Source: Synechococcales cyanobacterium PMM_0082 (GTDB lineage: Bacteria > Cyanobacteriota > Cyanobacteriia > Pseudanabaenales > Pseudanabaenaceae). Taken from it: a DNA stretch of 64,000 nt. The position numbers and the translations under genes are program-made. The stretch is from the NCBI GenBank assembly GCA_949127865.1, contig CASBQR010000013.1:1277-65276 (forward strand), in the 5' to 3' direction. The notes beneath the pieces are model-generated. The model was not told where the DNA came from, did not search any database, and worked only from the letters and a program-made list of their open reading frames with translations. Positions 52,897-62,938 of this stretch are shown in pieces (the first letter of the stretch is position 1; each line of letters begins with the position of its first letter).

Positions 52897-53582
52897 TGAA
52901 AGCAGTAGTATTACTTTCAGGTGGCATTGATTCCGCAACGGCAGCAGCCCAAGCGATCGCCGATGGATATGAACTGATCGCCCTATCTTTTCGGTATGGA
53001 CAACGCCATGAACGGGAATTGCGGGCAGCCCGAAATATTGTCAAGCATTTAGGGATTAAAGAGCATTTTATTCTGGATGTAAGACTGCACCAGTGGGGTG
53101 GATCTGCCCTTACCGATGAAACTATTGCTATTCCTACCGATGGGGTGCAAGATGATACTATTCCTTCAACCTATGTACCAGGCAGAAATACAGTTTTTAT
53201 TGCGATCGCCATGTCATTGGCAGAGGCAAAGTCAGCAGAGGCAATTTATTTGGGAATTAATGCCGTAGATTATTCAGGCTACCCCGATTGTCGCCCAGAG
53301 TATTTAGCAGCATTTCAAAATCTAGCCGCCCTATCTTCCAAAAGTGCCATTGAGGGGAAAATTACTCAGCTTGTAGCGCCTTTAGTCCAAGATTCTAAGC
53401 TAGATATTATTAAACGCGCTATTAAGCTAAATGTCCCGATCGCCCTTACTTGGTCATGCTATTCAGGCGATGTTGAACCCTGTGGACTTTGTGATTCCTG
53501 TCGAATTCGCGATCGCGCCCTCATTGAAGCAGGTGTACCCGAACTAGCAACTGCGGTAGGACGAGATTTATACAAGTCCTAA
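52896..53582 (+). CDS. queC: 7-cyano-7-deazaguanine synthase
   Basis: SGGIDS, YGQRH, YVPGRN, YPDCR, TWSCY...CGLCDSC. Confidence 0.96.
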   Translation: MKAVVLLSGGIDSATAAAQAIADGYELIALSFRYGQRHERELRAARNIVKHLGIKEHFILDVRLHQWGGSALTDETIAIPTDGVQDDTIPSTYVPGRNTVFIAIAMSLAEAKSAEAIYLGINAVDYSGYPDCRPEYLAAFQNLAALSSKSAIEGKITQLVAPLVQDSKLDIIKRAIKLNVPIALTWSCYSGDVEPCGLCDSCRIRDRALIEAGVPELATAVGRDLYKS

Positions 53583-53589
53583 AAAACTC

Positions 53590-54336
53590 CTAGATAGGAT
53601 CAGGATCAATCCCCAGTTGGCGCAATCTCTCCTCTAATTTGGCAACTTTTTGCTGTTCTAGTGACATTTCATACTCTGCCTGTTGTCTAGCTTGTTCTGC
53701 CTGTTGTTTACCTTTTTCTGCTTCTTGTCTGGCTTGGTCATTTTCCAGTGGACTGTTTAGCTTTTTACCAGTATTGGGATTATAAAATCGCATTTCCCCA
53801 TTATCAAAACGCTGTAGCTCCAAGCCTAAAACTTGTGAGAATACTGATAATTTACCATCTTCAGTTTGGCTAGGAATTTGCAGGTAATTTCCTTCAATTA
53901 ACCGAAACCCTTGTAAAGGTGGTTGGAGATAGTCGGAGGTTGGGTCATATTGAAAGTATTCTTTAACGCCTAAATAAGCATATAGTCCTCTTTTTGTGCC
54001 ACAGTCCTCACTAGCAGTGCTTTTAGATGTCACCTCTAGGACAAAATCTGGAACCTTGTTATGTTCTTGCCATAACTTATAGGATGGTCGCTTTTTTTTC
54101 TCGACCCCAAACACCACAAAAACATCGGGAGCCACTACTGCTTTAGGATTGCCTTGTTCGTAATAGATAAATAAATTACCAGAAATATAAACATCAGAAT
54201 GATCTTGAAAATGGCTAGTTAATGCCTCAACTCCATAAATCAAATAATCTCGGGTTGCATCACTTTCAGCCATGGGTAAACCGTCACTTTCTGGGTAATC
54301 AATATCAAAAATTGAGTATAAAAAGGAAGTTGTCAT
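53590..54336 (-). CDS. Uma2-family (DUF820) endonuclease-like protein
   Basis: YPESDGLPMAE, VAPDVFV, PDFVLEVTS, GVKEYFQYDP, coiled-coil tail. Confidence 0.92.
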   Translation of the reverse strand: MTTSFLYSIFDIDYPESDGLPMAESDATRDYLIYGVEALTSHFQDHSDVYISGNLFIYYEQGNPKAVVAPDVFVVFGVEKKKRPSYKLWQEHNKVPDFVLEVTSKSTASEDCGTKRGLYAYLGVKEYFQYDPTSDYLQPPLQGFRLIEGNYLQIPSQTEDGKLSVFSQVLGLELQRFDNGEMRFYNPNTGKKLNSPLENDQARQEAEKGKQQAEQARQQAEYEMSLEQQKVAKLEERLRQLGIDPDPI

Positions 54337-54404
54337 TATCTAAAATCCTTAAATTACTATAGTAAGAACTTTTTTGATCATACATCTTCGTCCACTAAGC
54401 GCCA

Positions 54405-54434
54405 AAAATAGCCCGAAGATTGAGGCTCCGAGCT
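54405..54434 (-). terminator. Rho-independent terminator downstream of psbU
   Basis: Minus strand agctcggag-cctcaat-cttcgggct followed by attttt. Confidence 0.6.
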
Positions 54435-54479
54435 TAAAGAAATTTTTAATTTTATAGTTAGTTTTATGCGGGTATGAAC

Positions 54480-54854
54480 CTAGAGTCTATATAGAGAGTT
54501 GTTATATCTTTCACGATTAAGAGAGTTATCAGGCTGAAACAAAGTAAATTTATCAGCATTATCTTTAATTTTTTGCTGTTGAGCTTCGGTTAATCCTGCG
54601 ATATTGAGAACATCATCTAAGGAACTGTAAGGAGCATTTTGAATTAAAATTCTGCCTAAAGTTGGATAAAATCCGCTAATTTTTTTGAAGGCATTAATAT
54701 TAGAGTTATTAAGATCGATCGTGCTGGAGTCTATTTTAATAACATTAGTCTTGGGTAATTCATTGGCATTTACTGCATTTACAGGAAACCCAAAGGTGCA
54801 AAGGATGGTGATCGCACATAGGGCGATAATTGAAAAGCGAACTACTGCTTTCAT
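54480..54854 (-). CDS. psbU: Photosystem II extrinsic protein PsbU
   Basis: Signal peptide, IDLNNSNINAF, GFYPTL, APYSSLDDVLNIAGL, C-terminal NSLYR. Confidence 0.9.
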   Translation of the reverse strand: MKAVVRFSIIALCAITILCTFGFPVNAVNANELPKTNVIKIDSSTIDLNNSNINAFKKISGFYPTLGRILIQNAPYSSLDDVLNIAGLTEAQQQKIKDNADKFTLFQPDNSLNRERYNNSLYRL

Positions 54855-55018
54855 TGGCTTGTATCTCTTAATTAATTCTAAAAGTAATTTTCCTAGACAT
54901 TAGCAGAAAAGATTAACATTTATCACTAATGGTAAAGACTATTCATAATTGGGAACTTTCAGAGCTGTGGTAGATTAAGGGTTTAATCTTCATTACAAAT
55001 CATCTAAATTTTTAAGTT

Positions 55019-56602
55019 ATGAATTCTGAGAATTCTGACCATGTCGCCATTACTACGCCTCTTTACTATGTCAATGGGTTGCCTCACATTGGTAGTGCCT
55101 ATCCTACGATCGCTGCTGATGCCTTAGCAAGGTTTTATCGACTACGGGGGCAACCAACTTTATTTATTACTGGTACCGATGAGCATGGTCAGAAAATTCA
55201 ACGGACGGCTGAGGAGTTGCATATTCCGCCCCAAGAGCATTGCGATCGCATAGTTACAGAATTTCAAGATCTCTGGCAGCAGTTAAATATTAAATATGAT
55301 CGGTTTTCACGAACCACAGATCTAAGGCATCAGGCGATCGTCAATGAATTTTTTCAGTTGGTATTTAAAACTGGAGATATATACCTAAGTCAACAACAGG
55401 GCTGGTACTGTGTCGCCTGCGAAGAATTTAAAGAGGAACGGGAATTATTAGCCGATCACCATTGCCCCACCCATACCAATGTGACCTGCGAGTGGAGAGA
55501 TGAGGCAAATTATTTTTTTAGATTATCTAAATATCAAGCCAAATTAGAGCAACTCTATCGCGATCGCCCTAAATTTATTCAACCCGAATCCCGCCGTAAT
55601 GAAGTTCTAGGTTTTGTGGCACAAGGACTTACGGATTTTTCCATCTCTCGCATTAATTTAAGTTGGGGATTTCCTGTACCGACCGATCCGCAGCATACAA
55701 TCTATGTGTGGTTTGATGCGCTTTTAGGATATATCACAGCTTTACTAAATCCCGATGACGAACCCACCTTGGCTAATGCCCTCAAAACTTGGTATCCGAT
55801 TAAAGTCCATATTATTGGCAAAGATATTCTGCGCTTTCATGCTGTTTATTTTCCCGCCATGCTAATGTCCGCAGGCTTAGAAATCCCTGAGCGTATTTTT
55901 GGACATGGATTACTCACCAAAGACGGGGTAAAAATGGGTAAAACCCTTGGAAATGTTATTGATCCCTATGCATTAGTCAAAAAATATGGAGCTGATCCTA
56001 TTCGCTATTACTTTTTAAGGGAAATTGAATTTGGCAAAGATGGGGATTTTAGTGAAGACAGATTTATTTCCAGTGTCAATGCTGATTTGGCTAATAGTTT
56101 AGGCAATTTATTAAATCGTAGCTTGGGGATGGTTGCTAAATACTGCGATCGCACAATTCCCCCATCAGACTCAGCCAATATTGATCCCCATATTTTAAGT
56201 CTAATTGAACCTGTTAAATCTAAAGCGATTAATCTAGGCGATCGGGTCAGTGAGTCCTATAAAGATCTCGCCTTTCGGTCTGCCTGTGAGCAAATTTTAG
56301 AACTAATTTGGGACTGTAATAAACTAATTGATGATGCCACACCATGGAAACTATTTAAGGCGGGAAAAACTGCCGAGGTAAATCAGCTTTTATATAGCAT
56401 TTTAGAATCTGTACGGATTGCGGCATACCTCTTGTCACCTATCATTCCTCAGATCAGTCAAGAGATTTATCGCCAATTATGCCTAGACTTTACAGAATTA
56501 GAGCCGCCGTTATGGGAACACACTAAGTGGGGAATAATCAAATCAGGTACAATATTAGCGGACTTCAAACCTGTTTTTCAGCGCCTTGAAATCGCTAGTT
56601 AG
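55019..56602 (+). CDS. metG: Methionine--tRNA ligase
   Basis: PHIGSAY, TGTDEHG, YVWFDAL, GKDILRFH, KMGKT. Confidence 0.97.
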   Translation: MNSENSDHVAITTPLYYVNGLPHIGSAYPTIAADALARFYRLRGQPTLFITGTDEHGQKIQRTAEELHIPPQEHCDRIVTEFQDLWQQLNIKYDRFSRTTDLRHQAIVNEFFQLVFKTGDIYLSQQQGWYCVACEEFKEERELLADHHCPTHTNVTCEWRDEANYFFRLSKYQAKLEQLYRDRPKFIQPESRRNEVLGFVAQGLTDFSISRINLSWGFPVPTDPQHTIYVWFDALLGYITALLNPDDEPTLANALKTWYPIKVHIIGKDILRFHAVYFPAMLMSAGLEIPERIFGHGLLTKDGVKMGKTLGNVIDPYALVKKYGADPIRYYFLREIEFGKDGDFSEDRFISSVNADLANSLGNLLNRSLGMVAKYCDRTIPPSDSANIDPHILSLIEPVKSKAINLGDRVSESYKDLAFRSACEQILELIWDCNKLIDDATPWKLFKAGKTAEVNQLLYSILESVRIAAYLLSPIIPQISQEIYRQLCLDFTELEPPLWEHTKWGIIKSGTILADFKPVFQRLEIAS

Positions 56603-56869
56603 TAAGCAATTAGATGTATTCATTTGCCTTTAATTACTATTAGTAAAAATTCATTTAGGTATTTGATTAACTTATAGTTATTGACTAAGTTTTGTGCCTA
56701 ATTCTGTTTGTAATTATTAAATATTTATAAAATTAACTCACAATCAATTCTGAGCATATATACTTATTGGTGTGAATTATATAATTTGCGTCTTTTAGTA
56801 CTTATTTTTCGCAGGGTTAGCACATTTATTTTTCCGCTTTCCCTTTTTAATTAATTTATAGGAAACCAA

Positions 56870-57472
56870 ATGTTAAATTTTGAAAATGACCCCGCCTTCA
56901 CGCCTGAACAGGTGATGGAAAATCGTGGGAGGGTTGCCATTTTTATAGATGGGTCAAACTTGTTTTATGCCGCCTTGCAGTTAGGCATTGAAATTGACTA
57001 TACCAAGCTATTATCTAGACTGACTGAAGGTTCTAGATTGCTAAGGGCATTCTTTTATACTGGGGTTGATCGCACCAATGAAAAACAACAAGGATTTTTA
57101 CTATGGATGCGTCGCAATGGCTATCGAGTCATTTCTAAGGAATTAATTCAGCTCCCTGATGGTTCCAAAAAAGCTAACCTTGATGTGGAAATTGCCGTAG
57201 ACATGATGGCACTGGCTGGTTCCTATGACACGGCGATCTTAGTCAGTGGTGATGGCGATCTTGCCTATGCCGTTGATGCTGCTAGTTATAGAGGTGTAAG
57301 GGTTGAAGTTGTCAGCCTACGCTCTATGACCAGCGATCATTTAATTAACGTTGCCGATCGCTATGTTGATCTAGAAGTAATTAAAGAAGATATTCAAAAA
57401 ATTTCCAGAACTACAGGCTATAGCTATCGACCAATGTCTGGGGTTGGTTCGGTGATGGGCATAGAGGATTAG
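56870..57472 (+). CDS. LabA/DUF88 NYN-domain protein
   Basis: IFIDGSNLFY, KANLDVEIAVDM, VSGDGD. Confidence 0.9.
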   Translation: MLNFENDPAFTPEQVMENRGRVAIFIDGSNLFYAALQLGIEIDYTKLLSRLTEGSRLLRAFFYTGVDRTNEKQQGFLLWMRRNGYRVISKELIQLPDGSKKANLDVEIAVDMMALAGSYDTAILVSGDGDLAYAVDAASYRGVRVEVVSLRSMTSDHLINVADRYVDLEVIKEDIQKISRTTGYSYRPMSGVGSVMGIED

Positions 57473-57510
57473 AACAATGGATAGAGTAAGTGGTGTGTGA
57501 TATATTAATC

Positions 57511-57537
57511 AGCTCCTGCAAGTAGTGGGAGCTTTAG
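57511..57537 (+). terminator. Possible terminator after the NYN gene
   Basis: agctcc-N11-ggagct followed by a short T-rich tail. Confidence 0.35.
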
Positions 57538-57556
57538 ATTTTATAGAACTAGAAAA

Positions 57557-58309
57557 ATGATCAGGCAAAGATTGGTTTTACAGCCGCAGCAAGTAGAACA
57601 ACTTCAGAATTTTTCTAGAATCAACCTTAATCTAGAGCAGCAAAATTACTTATATAAAGTACTGAGATTAAGAGCAGGGGCGGAATTTATTGCCTTAGAT
57701 GGTCAGGGCAGTTGGTGGCGGGCAGTATTAACTGAGGATGTCGAAAAAGTAGAGATTTTAGAAAAAATTCCCACTAACCCAGACTTACAAGTTGATATAA
57801 CTCTAGCGATCGCTATGCCTAAAGCTAATGGCATGGAAGCCGTAATTCGCCAAGCTACAGAATTGGGAGTTAGGAGAATTTTGCCACTGTGGAGCGATCG
57901 CACAGTCATTAGACCACAAACTAATATCGGCGCAGCTAAGCAAGAACGGTGGTTGAAAATTGCTCAAGAAATCTCGGAACAAGCCCATCGTAGCTACGTT
58001 CCCCAGATCCATGAACCCCAAACTTTGAAGGAAGTAATTTGCAAATTTACTGATGCCCAGAAGTATATTTGTGTTACCTCCAAATTTACACCCCATTTAC
58101 TAAATACTCTCCTTAATCTTGAGCAGCTACCAAGCAAAATTGTGATTTTAACTGGCACCGAGGGCGGTTGGACAGAATCAGAGACTAACTTAGCGATCGC
58201 CCATAATTTTCAGCCCATTAGTCTAGGCGATCGAATTCTTGCCGCAGTTACAGCTCCAGTGGTAGCATTGTCCATAATCGCTGCTGTAATTGAGTCTAAT
58301 CAATGCTAG
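57557..58309 (+). CDS. rsmE: 16S rRNA m3U1498 methyltransferase
   Basis: VLRLR, QATELGV, SEQAHR, GTEGGW, SLGDRIL. Confidence 0.9.
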   Translation: MIRQRLVLQPQQVEQLQNFSRINLNLEQQNYLYKVLRLRAGAEFIALDGQGSWWRAVLTEDVEKVEILEKIPTNPDLQVDITLAIAMPKANGMEAVIRQATELGVRRILPLWSDRTVIRPQTNIGAAKQERWLKIAQEISEQAHRSYVPQIHEPQTLKEVICKFTDAQKYICVTSKFTPHLLNTLLNLEQLPSKIVILTGTEGGWTESETNLAIAHNFQPISLGDRILAAVTAPVVALSIIAAVIESNQC

Positions 58310-58743
58310 TTACAAATCATAGTCAAATTAATAGTCAAATTATTCTTGATATTCCTACCAGTGGTAAGACCCTACACAATATTACAGACCAAGTTCAAAC
58401 TGTAGTCAGCACCGCTAAGGTTCAGATCGGAATTTGCCATTTATTTCTACGTCATTCTTCAGCCAGTTTAATTATTCAAGAAAATGCTGATTCAGACGTA
58501 CTTTTAGATTTAGAAAATTTTTTTGCTAGATTAGTACCAGAAAACCATAAATCCTATCGCCATTGTAGTGAAGGTGATGATGATATGCCCGCCCATATTC
58601 GGACTGCGTTAACCAGTACTTCTGAGGCTATTCCGATCGCCAATGGTAAATTAATGCTTGGCACTTGGCAGGGCATATATGTATGGGAACATCGCAGTTT
58701 AGGACGTACGCGTGAAGTGGTGGTAAATATCTGTGGCAATTAG
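58303..58743 (+). CDS. YjbQ/UPF0047 family protein
   Basis: [32 protein letters not shown]. Confidence 0.92.
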   Translation: MLVTNHSQINSQIILDIPTSGKTLHNITDQVQTVVSTAKVQIGICHLFLRHSSASLIIQENADSDVLLDLENFFARLVPENHKSYRHCSEGDDDMPAHIRTALTSTSEAIPIANGKLMLGTWQGIYVWEHRSLGRTREVVVNICGN

Positions 58744-60115
58744 ATCGGCAATAGTCAAAAAATCTATGTCAAAATCTGCTCGAAAGCGATCGCGCACTCG
58801 CCCTATTACCAATGTCAAAGTTAGAGCTAAAAAAAGTACATGGTTTAAGTGGTTGCAACCAGGTTTACTCGTAAAACGGTGGCTGTTTTTAAGCCTAATT
58901 GGTGGAGTTTTAATTGTTTTAGGTTTAGCAATTTCCATCCAACTCCGCCCTGTACTATTTATTAGCCGCATAGTTAAAAACTTAACGGAGAGCCTAGTTA
59001 GTCTTTTACCTAGCTATATTAGTGGTCCTTTAGCGATTTTAATTGGACTAGGATTGCTATGGATGGGGCATAAACAGGTTTTAGCATCAATTACCCAAGT
59101 TCTCATGCCTGATGATGATCAAAAGTTGGTAGATAAACTGCTCAACCATCATAAACTCCATCGCGGTGCCAAAATAGTAGCGATCGGCGGCGGCACAGGG
59201 CTATCCAATTTGTTGAGAGGCTTAAAAAGATATAGTGCCAACATTACGGCGATCGTGACTGTGGCGGATGATGGTGGATCTTCGGGCAGATTGCGCCGTG
59301 AACATGGAGTTTTGCCACCGGGGGATATTCGCAACTGTTTAGCAGCGTTGGCGGATGAAGAAAAATTAGTGACAGAACTATTTCAATATCGCTTTCAAGC
59401 AGGCGAGGGTCTCTCTGGTCATAGTTTTGGCAACTTATTCTTAACGGCGATGAGTGAAATTACTGGGGATTTAGAAAAAGCAATTACTGCTAGTTCTAGT
59501 GTCTTAGCTGTACGAGGTCGAGTTCTACCCGCTACTTTAGAGGATGTTGTCCTGTGGGCAGTGCTGGAAGATGGACAGTATATAGAGGGTGAATCGGCAA
59601 TTTCCGAGGCAAATGGGGTAATTAGGCAATTTGGTTGTAAACCAGACCACCCAAAGGCTGTCCCCCAAGCTGTTAAAGCTATTGCTGAAGCTGATTGTAT
59701 TATTATTAGTCCTGGTAGCCTTTATACAAGCATTATTCCCAATCTTTTAGTTCCCGAAATTTTAGAAGCGATCGCTAAGCGGCAAGTCCCCTGTATTTAT
59801 ATTTGCAACATTATGAGCCAGATGGGAGAAACCCAAGACTATACCGTCGCCGATCATGTGGATGCCCTAGATACAATTGCGGGAACTCGGCTATTTGATG
59901 CCGTATTAGTCCAAAAAACTCCCCCTTCCTCCCAATCCCTTGCGAAGTATGCCGACCAAGGCTCGCACTTTATTGAAGTTGATCGAGATCACTTAGTAGA
60001 GCTAAATTGTCCGATATTATTAGCAGATGTGATGAAAGAAAGTCCTAACGGCTCAGTTAGTCATGACTCAGATAAGTTATCAGGGGTACTGATGCGTTGG
60101 TACAATCGAAGTTAA
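58733..60115 (+). CDS. yvcK: YvcK/CofD-like gluconeogenesis factor with N-terminal TMs
   Basis: [41 protein letters not shown]. Confidence 0.9.
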   Translation: MAIRSAIVKKSMSKSARKRSRTRPITNVKVRAKKSTWFKWLQPGLLVKRWLFLSLIGGVLIVLGLAISIQLRPVLFISRIVKNLTESLVSLLPSYISGPLAILIGLGLLWMGHKQVLASITQVLMPDDDQKLVDKLLNHHKLHRGAKIVAIGGGTGLSNLLRGLKRYSANITAIVTVADDGGSSGRLRREHGVLPPGDIRNCLAALADEEKLVTELFQYRFQAGEGLSGHSFGNLFLTAMSEITGDLEKAITASSSVLAVRGRVLPATLEDVVLWAVLEDGQYIEGESAISEANGVIRQFGCKPDHPKAVPQAVKAIAEADCIIISPGSLYTSIIPNLLVPEILEAIAKRQVPCIYICNIMSQMGETQDYTVADHVDALDTIAGTRLFDAVLVQKTPPSSQSLAKYADQGSHFIEVDRDHLVELNCPILLADVMKESPNGSVSHDSDKLSGVLMRWYNRS

Positions 60116-60164
60116 TTTCTAAAATACTGGATCACTTACTCATATTGATTGATCGCAAAAAGGT

Positions 60165-60605
60165 ATGACCGAGAAACACTCACTGCGAGTTAAGACTGAC
60201 ATATACGAGCTGACCATTATTCAAAAGTGGTTTCAGGAATTTTTTGGTCATCCTGAAATTAAAGTCCCAGAGCGCACCCTTCAACAGATGAATTTATTAT
60301 TGGCAGAGGGATTTGCTAATGTTATTTATCATGCCCATGAGCATCTGTCCCCTGAAGTTCCTGTTGATATTGAAGTAATTTTTTATGCAAGTGCGATCGA
60401 AATCAGAGTTTGGGACTTTGGTAAACCTTTTGATCTTTTAAAAAAGTTAGATGAAATTCAAGACCAAGAAATTGATCTTACGGATATTGATAACTTACCG
60501 ACTGGGGGCAGAGGCTTGATGATTACACAGGCGATCTCTGATCGGTTTAGTTACGAGCGATTTAATAACCGCAATTGTTTAGTTATCTATAAAAGCTTTA
60601 ATTAA
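60165..60605 (+). CDS. RsbW-like anti-sigma factor / Ser kinase
   Basis: LAEGFANVIYHA, WDFGKPFD, GGRGL. Confidence 0.87.
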   Translation: MTEKHSLRVKTDIYELTIIQKWFQEFFGHPEIKVPERTLQQMNLLLAEGFANVIYHAHEHLSPEVPVDIEVIFYASAIEIRVWDFGKPFDLLKKLDEIQDQEIDLTDIDNLPTGGRGLMITQAISDRFSYERFNNRNCLVIYKSFN

Positions 60606-60693
60606 CTCTTAACCACTTAGTTATGTAGGATAGCTCAAAGCTATAGGATAATTGCTATTAGAGTCCTCAAGCTGTTGAAAGTAGCAAAAGTAT

Positions 60694-61302
60694 ATGAACC
60701 CAGCCCAAGAAATTAACCGATTAGCCGACCTCCTCCCCGCATCTTGGCGCATGGCGAGCAAAATCAGAAACTTACCCGATCAACCAGAGGTAATTGCTAG
60801 CACCCCAATTCTGCCTTGGGCATCGGTAAGTGAAATTACCATTAATTTTAAGCTGTGGTCACAACTAGCTCCTAATTATCAAGATTTACTGTTAATTCGG
60901 GAAGTGGCATGGCGACAACAGGAAAAATGGGTTGCAGTCGGTACTTATCAGTTTGCGGCTCTTGGTGCCAGTGTGGGCGTAATTGTGCAGTTGTGGCAGT
61001 CTGATCCTGTGGGTATAGTTGCTAGTGGTGGGCTTTTAGCGATCGCTATTAGGCAACTTTGGCAAAAAAATCGCAGTAGTGAAACCCAATTACAAGCGGA
61101 TACCGAGGCTTTAAAGATGGCAGTCAAAAAGGGCTACGAGGAAACTAGTGCGGCGAAAACTTTGCTTGAGGCAATTCAAACCGTGGCAAGACTAGAAAGC
61201 AGAAATGCCCCAGAGTTTATGGAATTATTGCGTTGTCAAAATTTACGGGCGATCGCTGGACTGACAAATATAATTATACCCGCCGAACTCAGGTCAAGAT
61301 AA
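60694..61302 (+). CDS. DUF3318-family protein
   Basis: EINRLADLLPASWRM...ELLRCQNLRAIAGL. Confidence 0.75.
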   Translation: MNPAQEINRLADLLPASWRMASKIRNLPDQPEVIASTPILPWASVSEITINFKLWSQLAPNYQDLLLIREVAWRQQEKWVAVGTYQFAALGASVGVIVQLWQSDPVGIVASGGLLAIAIRQLWQKNRSSETQLQADTEALKMAVKKGYEETSAAKTLLEAIQTVARLESRNAPEFMELLRCQNLRAIAGLTNIIIPAELRSR

Positions 61303-61330
61303 GGGATATATATCATATTTACTAGTTGAC

Positions 61331-61593
61331 GTAGCTGCTGCCACCGCCGTTATTTCTGGATTAACATTGGAGTGGAGAAGCAAATCATCCAAAGATTATT
61401 AAGGAGCCAGATTATGAAAGAATCCGTAATTTATCAAGAACTCCTACTAGAAGGCAAAGCTGAAGGTAAGGCTGAAGAAAAAACTCAAATTGCCTTAAAT
61501 TTGTTGCATTCAGGTATTGATCTAGACTTGATTGCCAAATTCACAGAACTAACTCTTGAACAAATCCAGAAACTGCAACAGGATTTTAAATAG
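61331..61593 (+). pseudogene. Rpn-family (DUF2887/DUF4351-like) C-terminal remnant
   Basis: VAAATAVISGLTL, frameshift at tggag-tggag, then EKQIIQRLLRSQIMKESVIYQELLLEGKAEGKAEE...IAKFTELTLEQIQKL. Confidence 0.75.
61414..61593 (+). CDS. Putative RpnS-like small protein (59 aa)
   Basis: AAGGAG at 61401-61406, 7 nt before ATG 61414; MKESVIYQE... Confidence 0.5.
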   Translation: MKESVIYQELLLEGKAEGKAEEKTQIALNLLHSGIDLDLIAKFTELTLEQIQKLQQDFK

Positions 61594-61621
61594 TGTGAGG
61601 ATATCAAGTGTGAGGATATCA
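61592..61621 (+). repeat. 15-bp tandem duplication
   Basis: agtgtgaggatatca twice. Confidence 0.85.
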
Positions 61622-61685
61622 TGGCTTCCAAAGCAATTTACTAAGTAGCTAAGCTAGAAGTGCATCGGGTGGCAAAATATCTCTG

Positions 61686-61793
61686 GTGAGAGTTTTAATT
61701 GATGCCAATATTGTCCTAGATTTCTTGTGGCAGCGATCGCCATTTGCTCAAGATACAGAGATGATTTTCTAAGCGATCGCTTCTGATCATATT
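61686..61793 (+). pseudogene. PIN-domain toxin N-terminal remnant
   Basis: GTG start, RVLIDANIVLDFLWQRSPFAQDTEMIF*AIASDHI, in-frame stop at 61770; overlapped upstream by an antitoxin-like tail HRVAKYLW*. Confidence 0.6.
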
Positions 61794-61868
61794 TATATAG
61801 TTGACATCTGCCCTTATTAGGTTAATATTCTGTGGATATTTAACAAAAGATAAGCGATCGCAAACTAT

Positions 61869-62915
61869 ATGCCAACTTGGGAGTTCTTACTGCAAAAAAA
61901 GGGTGATAAATCATGGCTGCCTTTAGAGTCACCTACTTTAGAAATTTTAGAAGGTGAATACCGTTTAGCTGCCAAGAGTAGTGTAGGTAATATCCCCGCC
62001 CATATTCAGGTTGATTATTTACCCAGTGCTGAACAAAGCGATCGCCAACTAAATCGCCCGCTACATCGCCAACTAAATCGTGACATCAACGCTCAAGGAT
62101 TATTATTAATCGTGCCTTTCTTGAGTTTTAACGTCGGCAGTTGGGAAATTAAATGCACTGTTGATGATTTTGAGACTAAATCCTTAAAAATCGAAGTTTT
62201 AGAGGCGATCGCTTCGGATTGGGACTTTTTCGATCAAATTACTGAACCAGTTATTCCAGCCCTTCAATCTGAAATATCGATAACCGATCCTTTAACTCAA
62301 ATTGAGCTGGCTGAATTGGAATTAGTATTAATTGCCAATGCAAAACCCTTATCCAAAGCCCCATTCCTTCCTTCCCAATTAATCACCTTAGAACAAACTG
62401 AATTTACAGTTAAAGGTGAAGCCACAATTGAGATTACAGGCGAGTCATATCTGTCGGGCGAAATAGACATTATTCTCAAAGATGCTCATACTAAGATTGC
62501 CCATAATCAATATACCCACAATGTTGCCGATAGTGACTTCTTTAGTTACTCCATCACCATTCCCGAACAATTAGAAACTCAAATACTCTCAGGGGAAGTT
62601 CGTATTCGCCCCCATCAACATATTGAACAAAATAAACATATAGTCAGCCAATCTGTTTCGATCAATTATCAAGCCATAGTTGATCCATTCCGCAAATTCC
62701 CGATTCTGCCTTTTGAAAAGCTGCCCACCCACGTCCCGATCCAACGAAATATTAAATTCCCTGAGCTCCCAGAATTTTTAACCCTAGGGAGAAGGAATAA
62801 ATCTAAAGCGGTATTAGCAAAGCCTAAAAAGCCAATCCCTAACTGGGACATTGCCACCCCCTACAAAATTCCCAATTATGGAAATAGTAACGATTTACGC
62901 TTTGAATTTGAATAA
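61869..62915 (+). CDS. Conserved cyanobacterial hypothetical protein
   Basis: WEFLLQKKGDKSWLPLESPTLEILEGEYRL N-terminal domain. Confidence 0.7.
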   Translation: MPTWEFLLQKKGDKSWLPLESPTLEILEGEYRLAAKSSVGNIPAHIQVDYLPSAEQSDRQLNRPLHRQLNRDINAQGLLLIVPFLSFNVGSWEIKCTVDDFETKSLKIEVLEAIASDWDFFDQITEPVIPALQSEISITDPLTQIELAELELVLIANAKPLSKAPFLPSQLITLEQTEFTVKGEATIEITGESYLSGEIDIILKDAHTKIAHNQYTHNVADSDFFSYSITIPEQLETQILSGEVRIRPHQHIEQNKHIVSQSVSINYQAIVDPFRKFPILPFEKLPTHVPIQRNIKFPELPEFLTLGRRNKSKAVLAKPKKPIPNWDIATPYKIPNYGNSNDLRFEFE

Positions 62916-62938
62916 CCAAAAAGCTATATAAAATCAAC

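Noticed and set aside
52288-53582. queE/queC as a Dpd DNA-modification or QatABCD-type defence system
   Set aside because: Both look like canonical housekeeping enzymes, contain HIP1 sites, and have no dpdA or qat partners nearby.
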